Source: a plasmid. From it: DNA of 35,268 nucleotides. Below the pieces are notes generated by a model, which saw only the letters and a program-made list of their open reading frames with translations, made no database searches and was not told the DNA's origin. Location: sequence record NZ_CP016375.1. One strand, written 5' to 3'. The translations under genes and the position numbers were made by a program. This document shows positions 1 to 8,599 of the stretch, in pieces. Each line of letters opens with the position of its first letter. Position 1 is the stretch's first letter.

Positions 1-157
1 CTATCCGCTTACTATGTAGGTACGTCCGTCAACTATGTAGGTCTATCCGCTTACTATGTAGGTACGTCCGTCAACTATGTAGGTCTATCCGCTTACTATG
101 TAGGTACGTCCGTCAACTATGTAGGTGTATCCGCTTATTATGTAGGTACGTCCGACA
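1..157. repeat. Iteron array, 5' half: about 7.5 tandem copies of a 21-bp unit (consensus ~ACTATGTAGGTCTATCCGCTT, alternating with ...TACGTCCGTCA). Continuous with the array at 35106..35268 if the molecule is circular.
   Basis: Direct reading: ctatgtaggt recurs every 21 bp from position 1 to about 157. Concatenating the window end with its start reproduces the internal repeat 'aactatgtaggtctatccgctt' exactly. Confidence 0.85.
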
Positions 158-162
158 TTTAT

Positions 163-1272
163 TTATTTTTTTAATTCTGGAAAAACCTTCTCATATAGAT
201 AACCACCAAGATTTTTTATTGATTCATGTGTTTTATTATCAAACCATATTTTCATGCGGTAGTATTTTGATTCTACATCATCGATGTATCTATTAAAAGT
301 TACTGCATCATTGAATCTTTTAAACATTAGATCTGAACCAATCCTTTGTAATAAAAACATAATTTGACTTTTATTTAAGCCATAATCTTGGAAATAGGTA
401 AGAGCATTTTTATCCTCACGAGAAAGATTCTCTTCATCAAGTCGTTTCTGGAAAGTAAAAACTAGTCCTGTTATCTTTCTCCCAGTTTTAATGGGTTCAT
501 AACGAATATTTGATATGTCAAGCTTATTATTACTATTAAAAGCTTCTATTGCTGGATCTAAAAAGACACGTTTAAATTCTCCCCAAACTTGCAAATATTC
601 TACCCTTTTATAGTTTTCAGGAATTGTTTCATTTTCAAACAGTAACTTTAACTGCATTTGAGGCGTTTCTTCCTGATTATCTAAATCTGATTTATACTCA
701 TATTCAATAAAACCTAATAAGGTTTTTAATTCTTCGAGAGACACTCTATATAATCCAGTTTTTTTATACTGAGACAGTAGTTCAAATAGTTTTTTCCGGT
801 TATCTCCTTTTAGATCGATAATATTGCTTTCTATTTGAGTATATTGTATTTTAGAGGTGTTTGCATATTCTAATGCAAATTTTTCATAAAAAAAGATCTT
901 TCCAAAATTGGCAAAAGTTACTGTAAATTCATTAGGATTAAGTTCACTAGCCTCTACATTATCAATAAGATTAAAAAATACAGTAGAAGCAGTTAACTTA
1001 TTATAGAAAGCCCCGTTAATACGTGTTAAACCATCACATAAAGCCAAAACTTGTTTTGCTGAATATGTGTTCTTTTTAATTTCAATTTTTTTATATTTTA
1101 AAAAATTTTCATAATTGAATACTACTTTTCCCGTTGGATTGGGGTCATTAAACTCAATTACATTTTGAAGATAATATATAATGTCTTTTTGAAATTCAGA
1201 TGCGTCCCTAAGAATGCTTTTGGTAAATAGATTCGACTGAATTAAATAATTTTTTTTATTTGAAGATTCCAT
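163..1272 (-). CDS. repA: Rep_3-family plasmid replication initiator (iteron-binding, two winged-helix domains). The ORF is open to 1449, but the start is placed at the internal Met (MESSNKKNYLIQSNLF...) by family resemblance.
   Basis: N-terminus NKKNYLIQSNLF resembles the Rep_3 N-terminus (NLVVKSNELI). The central 'LYRVSLEELKTLLG' and C-terminal 'VFLDPAIEAFN...IKTGRKITGLVFTFQ' match Rep_3 hallmark blocks (VLDPAIEEIN...KKGRKIxGIxFxF). It sits next to the iteron array. Confidence 0.85.
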   Translation of the reverse strand: MESSNKKNYLIQSNLFTKSILRDASEFQKDIIYYLQNVIEFNDPNPTGKVVFNYENFLKYKKIEIKKNTYSAKQVLALCDGLTRINGAFYNKLTASTVFFNLIDNVEASELNPNEFTVTFANFGKIFFYEKFALEYANTSKIQYTQIESNIIDLKGDNRKKLFELLSQYKKTGLYRVSLEELKTLLGFIEYEYKSDLDNQEETPQMQLKLLFENETIPENYKRVEYLQVWGEFKRVFLDPAIEAFNSNNKLDISNIRYEPIKTGRKITGLVFTFQKRLDEENLSREDKNALTYFQDYGLNKSQIMFLLQRIGSDLMFKRFNDAVTFNRYIDDVESKYYRMKIWFDNKTHESIKNLGGYLYEKVFPELKK

Positions 1273-1375
1273 AATCTTTTTGTCTTTGATTTTTTTGTAT
1301 CTTTGATACGCAAAAGAGATAATATAACGTCTCGATTTAAAAATAGGGAGGTTGTCTAATGGCAGCCTCTTTAAT

Positions 1376-1933
1376 TTATGGGAAATCCAATGTTGGATAT
1401 TGTCCTGGTCTTTCTTTTTTGAATATAAATTTTTCTGCTGTAAAATCACCTAACATAATTTCGTTTTCAACAATCTGATGTCCTTTACTTAAATAATACT
1501 CAAACAAAGCCTTTCTGCCATTTAAAATCGCATCCTGGTATATTTTGTCGGGAATTGAAATATAATCCTCGTATTGCTCTAAAATGACCTTATTCGACAT
1601 ATTTATGCCTCTAGCAATATCAAATCCATTTCTTTTAAAGAGAAAATTTAGTATTAATCCATTTCCTTTCGAATTTGGTTTATATTTCAAATATAACCGT
1701 ACTGCAGGAATTTCAATGGTTAGATGATTATAAAAAGTACCTACAATTTCTTTTGTGGTTTTTCTCTTGGCCACAAAATAATCCCATTTATCCGCATGCA
1801 AATGATTAAGATTTGTAACAACTTTTGATAATCCACAATTTGAATTGTGCCAAACATATTGGCTCGAGCTTTTAGACTTATCTCTAAAGCGCATGAAAAT
1901 TTCAATTGTATATCTTTTATCCTTACTTGCCAT
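1376..1933 (-). CDS. Hypothetical protein, co-transcribed upstream of rep. The ORF is open to 1996; start taken at MASKDKRY.
   Basis: Long ORF with codon usage like its neighbours. It overlaps the upstream gene's stop by 11 nt when starting at Met22. No motif recognised. Confidence 0.5.
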   Translation of the reverse strand: MASKDKRYTIEIFMRFRDKSKSSSQYVWHNSNCGLSKVVTNLNHLHADKWDYFVAKRKTTKEIVGTFYNHLTIEIPAVRLYLKYKPNSKGNGLILNFLFKRNGFDIARGINMSNKVILEQYEDYISIPDKIYQDAILNGRKALFEYYLSKGHQIVENEIMLGDFTAEKFIFKKERPGQYPTLDFP

Positions 1934-2180
1934 TTCTTTTTTCAATTTTAACAGACTCTTTTTTGGTTGCTTTATTCTTATACATTGAAATTGCATTTAG
2001 AATAACACCAAAGAGAATAATTCCAATAATTATAAAAAATATTAGGCATCCAGCATTAAGAGTTTTCATAAAACATCCCGGACTAGGCTTCTCTATTTTT
2101 TTTATAGAAAAACCGCAATTAGGACAGGTATAAGCTTGATCTGAAACCTGTTTACTACATTCTGGACATTGTATAATCAT
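1923..2180 (-). CDS. Small zinc-ribbon membrane protein (CPECx12CPNC plus one TM helix). The ORF is open to 2201; the likely start is MIIQCPEC.
   Basis: CxxC...CxxC pair at the N-terminus. The hydrophobic stretch CLIFFIIIGIILFGVILNAI is followed by a basic tail. Confidence 0.5.
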   Translation of the reverse strand: MIIQCPECSKQVSDQAYTCPNCGFSIKKIEKPSPGCFMKTLNAGCLIFFIIIGIILFGVILNAISMYKNKATKKESVKIEKRNGK

Positions 2181-2191
2181 ACTCAATATTT

Positions 2192-2302
2192 TTATTCGCA
2201 AAATAAGCTTCCGGAAGAGCTGCAGCTTTTACAATTTGTTCGCGTTTTTAAATTAGGCCTTTCCGGATCTGGAACCGGTCTAAAAATTTTTGCGAACAAA
2301 AA
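2192..2302. repeat. Structured intergenic repeat, copy 1 (TTATTCGCAAAAT ... AATTTGTTCGC ... TTTTTGCGAACAAAA; terminal inverted 13-mers).
   Basis: Shares its architecture and the motifs TTCGCAAAA / TTGTTCGC / TTTTGCGAACAAAA / cttccgga[ag]..ctgcagc with copies at 14414-14525, 17067-17176 and 34793-34905. Confidence 0.8.
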
Positions 2303-2303
2303 A

Positions 2304-2762
2304 TTAGAACTTTCCTTTATATTGTTTCTCTAGCGCAGAAATTATTTCGTGAGCTAATTCCATTCTTGTGTATTCTAAATTTTCCTCTTTATAGATTTTA
2401 TGGTAAATAAAATCATTGAGGAAATTAGTGTCTTCTCTGGAAAGATGTGCAGAGGAATCTTTAATTTCAATATCATCAAGTCTACTTTTTTTGCTTCTTC
2501 TTCCGTTTTTAAAATTAGTTTTCTCCATCCCTCTTTCAATATCTGGATATTTTTTTTCGAGTAGTCCTATTCCTTCCGAAATGGCTTTACTTAAATTATA
2601 ATCCATGTTATGTTCTTTGAGCATCTTATAGTTTCTGAATTTTATAAGCTTTTCATAATCATCAAAATACATTCTAAGAATATAATTTTTTGTTATTACT
2701 TCACTTTTAATATCGTTATTAGAATTAAAATCCTCTAATCTGAAATCATTATTACTCATCAC
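2304..2762 (-). CDS. Partition partner / TraB-like small protein downstream of ParA (possible ParB-function adaptor).
   Basis: Position immediately 3' of parA with a 1-nt overlap. It is highly charged and of the size (152 aa) typical of the protein following ParA-like TraA in Bacteroidetes conjugative elements. No recognisable ParB box by eye. Confidence 0.45.
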   Translation of the reverse strand: MMSNNDFRLEDFNSNNDIKSEVITKNYILRMYFDDYEKLIKFRNYKMLKEHNMDYNLSKAISEGIGLLEKKYPDIERGMEKTNFKNGRRSKKSRLDDIEIKDSSAHLSREDTNFLNDFIYHKIYKEENLEYTRMELAHEIISALEKQYKGKF

Positions 2763-3511
2763 TATATATTTATTTCTTTTAAAATTTCTGTTGCAAGGTC
2801 ATTAAAGTCAAGGCTAGCTCTTGAATGCGGAGCTACTTGAAAAATCGTTTTTCCTTCTTTTTTTGCATTCTCCACATTGACATCTTGTCTAATGAAAGAT
2901 GTTAGAAAATAGTTTCTGGCCTGGGCATTTGCCTTTTCTGTATACTCCCGGAAGTTTCTCGTATTAGTAAGTACTTTATTAAAGAAAAATCCTAAAAATT
3001 TAAGCTTATTATTATGTTCTTTTATAATTCTTTGTATGCTTGGGAATAACTCGTTAATTCCCTCAATAGAATACATTTCTGCCTCAATTGGGCTTATAAC
3101 GTAATCAGAACAAGATAATGCCATTTCTCCAAGGCCTAAACCTCCGGTTAACGGCCGAGGCGGGCAATCAATAATTACAAAATCCAAATTCATTTTACTA
3201 TTAAGAAAATCAATTCGTTCTTTTAATTCATATCTGGAATATTTATCTTTTTCAATATTCCGATCTCCTGCCAAAATAAATAAATTATCTTTTTTTTGAG
3301 TGAGCCTAAAATCTCCGGTTTTATCTAAAAAATTTTTAATTGTATAAGGATAGTCACGATCAATTCTATACCCCATTGACAAGTTCCTTTGAGCGTCAAA
3401 ATCAATCTGCAGAACTTTATAACCCATTTCGGAAAATGAAGCTCCTAAATGAATTGAGGTAGTTGTTTTTCCTACCCCTCCTTTCTCGGTAATTATGGAT
3501 AATATTTTCAT
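2762..3511 (-). CDS. parA: ParA/Soj-family partition ATPase
   Basis: Deviant Walker A 'KGGVGKTTT' at residues 10-18 and overall ParA architecture (249 aa). Confidence 0.9.
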   Translation of the reverse strand: MKILSIITEKGGVGKTTTSIHLGASFSEMGYKVLQIDFDAQRNLSMGYRIDRDYPYTIKNFLDKTGDFRLTQKKDNLFILAGDRNIEKDKYSRYELKERIDFLNSKMNLDFVIIDCPPRPLTGGLGLGEMALSCSDYVISPIEAEMYSIEGINELFPSIQRIIKEHNNKLKFLGFFFNKVLTNTRNFREYTEKANAQARNYFLTSFIRQDVNVENAKKEGKTIFQVAPHSRASLDFNDLATEILKEINI

Positions 3512-3696
3512 GATTTAATCTTTTTCCCGTTTTCAAAAGTAGCTATAAGAGTTTCCCATACTCGCACAAGATTATTTTCATCAATAAAATAGTCTCCATT
3601 TGAGAGTATTACATACAGCAATACATTATTGTTTTCACTAATTTTTTGGGCTTCTTTCAAAGCCTTTTCTTTATCAGTGTATTTAATTAGATCCAT
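3508..3696 (-). CDS. Hypothetical small protein (62 aa), translationally coupled to parA (ATGA overlap)
   Basis: ORF with stop/start overlap to parA. No motif recognised. Confidence 0.4.
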   Translation of the reverse strand: MDLIKYTDKEKALKEAQKISENNNVLLYVILSNGDYFIDENNLVRVWETLIATFENGKKIKS

Positions 3697-4043
3697 TATT
3701 CAGAAATTTTATTGTTTCTTTTTTCCTCAGCTTTCTTTTTATGAGCTTCCACAAGATTATGCATTTCCCTGGCTTTTTCAATTTTATCTGGATAAAGCTC
3801 TCCAAAGAGATAATTATAAAGCATTGGCCTATGGGTGTTATCCATATTCAAAACAGTAGAGAGTATGGCCTCCCCAGGATCAGTTCCACTCTGTATTTTT
3901 CCTTGTAATTTATTGTAGTAGTAATCCCATCCTAACCGGGAATCCTTAAAAGCAACTTCAAAATCTTGTTTTGTCCAGTTATAACAAAACAGTAATGTAT
4001 AATGCATGATTTCTACACCTGTTAAATTGTCTATTGTTTTCAT
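3696..4043 (-). CDS. Hypothetical protein (115 aa)
   Basis: ORF in an operon-like array; its stop overlaps the start of the next gene. Confidence 0.45.
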   Translation of the reverse strand: MKTIDNLTGVEIMHYTLLFCYNWTKQDFEVAFKDSRLGWDYYYNKLQGKIQSGTDPGEAILSTVLNMDNTHRPMLYNYLFGELYPDKIEKAREMHNLVEAHKKKAEEKRNNKISE

Positions 4044-4054
4044 ATCATATTTTA

Positions 4055-4315
4055 TTAAAGTGGTTTTAGGTATTCTTTAAGGCTTTTGAAAATGCGTTCG
4101 GCCTTTTCGTGTTTTTCATATAAGCTTAAATAATCTTTACGATCTTTCTCTATGTGTTTTTTAAGCTCTTTATTTTCTTCCAAGAGTTCAAAATATTTTA
4201 CTAATAACTTTCTGAAAGCTTTTGAATTTGTTGCTTCTTTATTAGAAACTTTGAATTTTTCTAACAATTCCCATTCTTCGGAGGCTATATCTCTTACGTA
4301 AACAATATTGCTCAT
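4055..4315 (-). CDS. Hypothetical small charged protein (86 aa)
   Basis: ORF on the same strand. Helical, K/E-rich. Confidence 0.4.
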   Translation of the reverse strand: MSNIVYVRDIASEEWELLEKFKVSNKEATNSKAFRKLLVKYFELLEENKELKKHIEKDRKDYLSLYEKHEKAERIFKSLKEYLKPL

Positions 4316-4342
4316 AATGATTAAAGTATTTTAAAACTAACT

Positions 4343-4666
4343 TTATTTATTTAGATCATTTATAAAAAATTTTAGAAGAGCTTTATCATAACCTATCTCT
4401 TTGAGATATTGAATAAAGTTTTCAAATTTTTGAATCCATCTCTCTTCCATAGATAAAGCAGAATTCATTATACTAAGGCCACTCATATATCTCGGAGATT
4501 CATAAGACCCTAAAAATTTAGTTTTGTATTCCTCCTCAAATTTATTAGCATCTACTTTTGTTAAATCTTTTGATTTCATTTTTTTATAGACAGTATCAAG
4601 GAATTGTATTAATTCTTCATCCTGATTTCCGAATTCCAAATCTTCAAACGGTTTTGTTTTTTTCAT
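4343..4666 (-). CDS. Hypothetical protein (107 aa)
   Basis: ORF on the same strand as the block. Confidence 0.4.
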   Translation of the reverse strand: MKKTKPFEDLEFGNQDEELIQFLDTVYKKMKSKDLTKVDANKFEEEYKTKFLGSYESPRYMSGLSIMNSALSMEERWIQKFENFIQYLKEIGYDKALLKFFINDLNK

Positions 4667-4804
4667 AGTATGTGATTTATGATGTAGTAAAAATATTAAT
4701 AATAAATATATAAAGCAAATATAAAATCACTTTATTTAATTTAAAAATACTATATATTAAGGGTTTATTATAGATAAATAGTATCTGTAGTGTGAAGCAT
4801 AATT

Positions 4805-5235
4805 TTCGATATGATTTTTATTTTTTTTTGCTGAGAGAGGGGGCTTGGAGGGAGAGAGATGCAAAATATCTCTCCCCCGGACATTCAGCCAGGGCAAAGC
4901 TAAAATTGTTTTTTTTACCCTATACTATTAATCATTGGGACATGATACACAAATAAAATTGCCTCTTGTGGGCTTGGGAGGTTCTTCGCCTGCAGGGCGT
5001 GGATACCCAATTTTATTTGGGAAGCAGGAAACCATGATTATACCTTTGTAATTAAAACAGTTTTAGCCCAAAGAGGGCAACATAATTTCCTTAGCTACTG
5101 GCCAGAGGTTGGAACACTAGCACACCGCAAAGGGAAAAGGAGGGGCGGTGTGGACTTAACTTTTAAAGAAAAGAAACCTTCTATCCAAAATTCCTTTTCT
5201 CTTTTCTCTAAAAGTTACATTAAATATAGTCTAGG
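4805..5235. other. GC-rich, hairpin-dense non-coding island with no convincing ORF. Candidate ssDNA promoter / ssi site / structured RNA.
   Basis: Local GC is far above the surroundings. Perfect hairpins include GGGAGAGAGAT-gcaaaat-ATCTCTCCC (~4848-4876) and gcccc-tttc-ggggc (~5318). Only a low-quality overlapping 96-aa ORF is present. Confidence 0.4.
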
Positions 5236-5363
5236 ATTTTGGCGAAATTTTTGACCCCTGGGGAAAAGCTGCAGGAGAAAATTATGCCAAAATATCTTCC
5301 GCTCGACCCGGGCGAAAGAAAGCCCCTTTCGGGGCAATCTAACCATTATTTAAACTATTATGG

Positions 5364-5720
5364 TTATGGGAATACAACAATTTCTCCAAAAGAATATAAT
5401 TTAAGTTCATCATATTTAAAATCAAAGATGTCTATCACTTCACTAAATAAAATTTTCCCCTTTCCATTATCACAAATTAAAGAGAAATGGCAAATTTTGG
5501 GTTCAAGCCTTTTTAAATTCCAAATCTGAAATTTTTCGACTATTGGTATATTTTTCTGATTGGATCTAATAGAAAAAATCATTTTCCTAATATCATCACA
5601 TTCATCAATTAATTGCTTAACTCCTATTGTAATATTAATATCTAAGAATCTATACAATTCCCATTTTGAATGGGAACGTATAAAATTTTTATTCGCTGAA
5701 TTTACTTTTATTTTAGGCAT
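5364..5720 (-). CDS. Hypothetical protein (118 aa)
   Basis: ORF immediately downstream of ardC on the same strand. Confidence 0.45.
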   Translation of the reverse strand: MPKIKVNSANKNFIRSHSKWELYRFLDINITIGVKQLIDECDDIRKMIFSIRSNQKNIPIVEKFQIWNLKRLEPKICHFSLICDNGKGKILFSEVIDIFDFKYDELKLYSFGEIVVFP

Positions 5721-5751
5721 ATTTAAATATATAAAGTATTTATAAAATCAC

Positions 5752-6654
5752 TTAATTAAGAAAAGATTCCATGTATTTTTTAGATTTCTTTGCATCTGAA
5801 AAAGCTTTTTTCAGTTCTTCAGCTCTTTCATCTTTATTTGTAAAGGTGGCCGACCAACTTTTCAAATATCTCACGCTGTTAATAAACTCCTCATGTATTC
5901 CAAACTGTAAACAAAGAAGCATAGAGCCTATTTCAGCTACGAGTTCTTCACTACTATAAGATAAAGTTCTGTTTAATCTTGTCGGGTGCATTGTCCAGTG
6001 CGTAAGCTCATGGAATAAAGTAGAGTAATAAGCCGTTTCATTTACAAATTGTTTTTTAATGGGCATTTTTACTTTATCTAAAACCTTGTTATAACTTGCG
6101 CTGCGGGTCATACATTCATATACTTTCAAATTACCTTTTTTAATGAGAGTAATAATAAAATTTTCTGCTTGCTTTAGTTCCTGAAAATCTTCTAAAAAAT
6201 CTTCTTTTATCTCCATATTCAGCTCTTCCCTATTTTCAATATCATCAAAATTGAAAACATTATAAGAACGCAGAAAATAATATTTTTTATAATTGGATCT
6301 TTCAGATTCGGGAATTTGTTTAAATTGATCAGCACTAATTTTTTTTCCTGTCTCCTTATGGGTATAAATAAAGTTTCCGTATTGGATCAAAGAAGATTTT
6401 GAACCTTTCTTTAATTTTCCTCCGGCTTTAGAAATTGCGTTAAAGGTTGCAAAAAGATTTGTTTTTCTTTTTCTGACAATCATATTCAGATAAAGAGAAA
6501 TAGCGTTCTCACCATTATAAAAAGCCTGTGAAAATCCATTTTGAGGCATTTTAAAATCTTTAATATACATTTCCCAATCCTGGGCGTTTACTTCGTCTAA
6601 CATATCAATAATAGAAGTAAAAAATTTATCTTGAATTTGTGTTTGAGTAGCCAT
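5752..6654 (-). CDS. ardC: ArdC-like antirestriction protein (N-terminal ssDNA-binding domain plus C-terminal zincin-like HExxH metalloprotease)
   Basis: C-terminal 'LFHELTHWTMHP' carries an HExxH motif in the ArdC/DUF1738 arrangement. Size is 300 aa. It sits beside an SSB-like gene in a leading-region-like context. Confidence 0.75.
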   Translation of the reverse strand: MATQTQIQDKFFTSIIDMLDEVNAQDWEMYIKDFKMPQNGFSQAFYNGENAISLYLNMIVRKRKTNLFATFNAISKAGGKLKKGSKSSLIQYGNFIYTHKETGKKISADQFKQIPESERSNYKKYYFLRSYNVFNFDDIENREELNMEIKEDFLEDFQELKQAENFIITLIKKGNLKVYECMTRSASYNKVLDKVKMPIKKQFVNETAYYSTLFHELTHWTMHPTRLNRTLSYSSEELVAEIGSMLLCLQFGIHEEFINSVRYLKSWSATFTNKDERAEELKKAFSDAKKSKKYMESFLN

Positions 6655-6741
6655 AATAAAAGGTTTTAAAATTAGTATAGTGATTTTTTAATTACTTTAT
6701 TTGATTTAAAAAGCTCCCTTTTTTCAGGGAGCTGTAACTGT

Positions 6742-7071
6742 TTACAGTGCGATATCTTTCACTGTGTAATTTCTATTTACAAAGGTTTTGTCTCCTTCAA
6801 CTTTAACATCAATTTCCGGCATTCTGTCTGTAAATATGGTAATAGACTTACCTTTTTTAAGAGAATCTAAAAGGGGGGAACCTTCGTTGCTACTAATCCA
6901 TAATGCAGCATTACAGTAAGTAGTTTTTTGTGTGTAGGTTCCATCATCTTGTCTTTTCCCTGGTTCATTAACTGCAAAGGAGAAATTAATTACTCCTTTG
7001 TCTTCATAGGCTTTAAAGGTTGCATCTTTGGTTAAATTACCACTTAGTGTGATTGATACGATTGAGTTCAT
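6742..7071 (-). CDS. ssb: Single-stranded DNA-binding protein-like (OB-fold, short plasmid type without acidic tail)
   Basis: N-terminus 'MNSIVSITLSGNLTKDATF' resembles the SSB N-terminus (MNKVILIGNLGKDPE). Size and position next to ardC fit. Confidence 0.55.
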   Translation of the reverse strand: MNSIVSITLSGNLTKDATFKAYEDKGVINFSFAVNEPGKRQDDGTYTQKTTYCNAALWISSNEGSPLLDSLKKGKSITIFTDRMPEIDVKVEGDKTFVNRNYTVKDIAL

Positions 7072-7129
7072 AACGTTAGATTTAAAAAATTAATAATATT
7101 TGATATTTAATATATAAAGTGATTTTATA

Positions 7130-7450
7130 CTAATTATATTTAGTTTCCATTTCTTTAGTTTCTAAAAAGAAATCTATTTCTTCTAAATAGTCCTTATCTT
7201 CCCAAGGTTCATCTTTAAACATGTTTTCAAACTCATCTGTTAATTCTTCTGCCAGGTCATAAATGCCTCCTGTTCCCTGCTGATTATGTCTTTTCCAAGC
7301 TAGCCCCTTTTCATTTTCCATTTGTTTACCCAGTGTCATACTAATGACGCAATGAGTTTCGAGGTAAGAAGCAATATCATTTGGAAATTTACATTTTATA
7401 TAATTTAAGCGGTTGATATTTTTTTTATGCTTCTTTTTTTCTTTATTCAT
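7130..7450 (-). CDS. Hypothetical protein with a strongly acidic C-terminal half (106 aa)
   Basis: ORF. The C-terminus 'DLAEELTDEFENMFKDEPWEDKDYLEEIDFFLETKEMETKYN' is D/E-rich. Confidence 0.45.
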   Translation of the reverse strand: MNKEKKKHKKNINRLNYIKCKFPNDIASYLETHCVISMTLGKQMENEKGLAWKRHNQQGTGGIYDLAEELTDEFENMFKDEPWEDKDYLEEIDFFLETKEMETKYN

Positions 7451-7543
7451 AATTGGATATTTAAAAGTTAGTAAATTTTATTTTTAAGCTAAAAACATAT
7501 AAAGTAATTTTTAAGTTACTTTATATGTTTAAGAATCTCTATA

Positions 7544-7798
7544 TTAATATTCAATTTGATTCATGTTATACAGCATTTCTTTGCTTATAAAAATAATTTC
7601 ATCTTTTCTATCGGTTAATAAATTTATCAATTCAGTATAGGCAAAATAATTGTCAGAAATTAATTTTCCTGTTTTATAAAACATCTTTACCGATGCGTTT
7701 TCGTCACTTTCTTCTATGTCACAATAAAAATGATAGTCAGAAGTTTGCAAGTGAAGTAAAAAATTGGGTTTTGATTCTAAGTAAATTAAATCTTTCAT
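7544..7798 (-). CDS. Hypothetical protein (84 aa)
   Basis: ORF on the same strand as the block. Confidence 0.4.
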   Translation of the reverse strand: MKDLIYLESKPNFLLHLQTSDYHFYCDIEESDENASVKMFYKTGKLISDNYFAYTELINLLTDRKDEIIFISKEMLYNMNQIEY

Positions 7799-7831
7799 AA
7801 CTGTATATTATGTTTTTATAATCACTTTATA

Positions 7832-8593
7832 TTAATAAGAAGAAGACCAATTTAAAGGCTTTCCATTGTAAATAGTGGCGGTTTGCACTTCGTTAATGTT
7901 TATAGATGCGTATTTTGTTAATCTTCTTTCAAATGGCTCTCCTTTCTTTATTTCAGGGTTGGCAATACATGTTCCAGAATCTTGTCGCTCGTAGGTTCTT
8001 GTTTGTCCAATTTCTTGCAAAATCAATTTTGAGTTTTTGCGCTCCAATACTAGATAAAAATTAATGTTGGTTTGCTCATATCCCCAATCTGAATATAAGA
8101 TTGTTCCTTTCTGAATAGTATCGCTTATTGCTTTTTTACTTTCTATAAAACTTAAATTCTTCTCATATTTATCTAGTATTATTTTTTTTATGTTATTAAT
8201 ACCAACCTCTCTAATATCTTCAGCCGTTGCACGGTTAAAATAAGTTGGTTTAGTTTTTCTACCTGTAAAAATCAAAGAATAGTAATAGGTATCTTTTTCA
8301 AATGTGATTATTGTACTATCTAAATAAGTAAAGTTATTAATGTTAGTAGCTTCTTTAGTATAACTATCAATAGTTAGTTGTCTTTTGTCTATTGTATTCA
8401 TAATAATAAATTTTAATGTTTTTGATTGCTTTGATATAGGAAATCTGGGTTCTTCTGGAAGTTGGTAACTTCGATAAGATTTGATAGAAATTTCCTTGTG
8501 TTGTGTGTTTGTTTTTTCGGTGATGTCAAAGAACTTCTGCTGTCTGCTTGCTTCGCTTATGAGGTCTCGGGTTTTCTGTGCCAATTGACCCAA
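7832..8593 (-). CDS. Hypothetical protein (253 aa; an alternative start at MNTIDKRQL would give 7832..8401)
   Basis: Long ORF. No motif recognised. Confidence 0.45.
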   Translation of the reverse strand: MGQLAQKTRDLISEASRQQKFFDITEKTNTQHKEISIKSYRSYQLPEEPRFPISKQSKTLKFIIMNTIDKRQLTIDSYTKEATNINNFTYLDSTIITFEKDTYYYSLIFTGRKTKPTYFNRATAEDIREVGINNIKKIILDKYEKNLSFIESKKAISDTIQKGTILYSDWGYEQTNINFYLVLERKNSKLILQEIGQTRTYERQDSGTCIANPEIKKGEPFERRLTKYASININEVQTATIYNGKPLNWSSSY

Positions 8594-8599
8594 GAAATC

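Noticed and set aside
1-157. Possible CRISPR array or phage att repeats at the window ends
   Set aside because: Units are 21 bp, contiguous or nearly so, with no unique spacers and no cas genes. The phasing and the adjacent Rep_3 gene fit plasmid iterons.
1906-2133. 75-aa plus-strand ORF
   Set aside because: Antisense to the zinc-ribbon and upstream rep-operon genes with a hydrophobic low-complexity translation.
2192-2302. Repeat copies as IS elements
   Set aside because: They are only about 110 bp and encode no transposase. At most they are MITE-like or operator/promoter modules.
4805-5235. tRNA/tmRNA or group II intron in the GC-rich island
   Set aside because: I could not find a cloverleaf with T-loop GTTCRANYC or intron domain V/RT ORF by eye. 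This is left as an unspecified structured region pending covariance-model search.
5239-5529. 96-aa plus-strand ORF inside the GC-rich island
   Set aside because: It overlaps a better minus-strand ORF, has odd composition (MAKFLTPGEKLQEK… low-complexity tail), and sits in a region that looks structural rather than coding.
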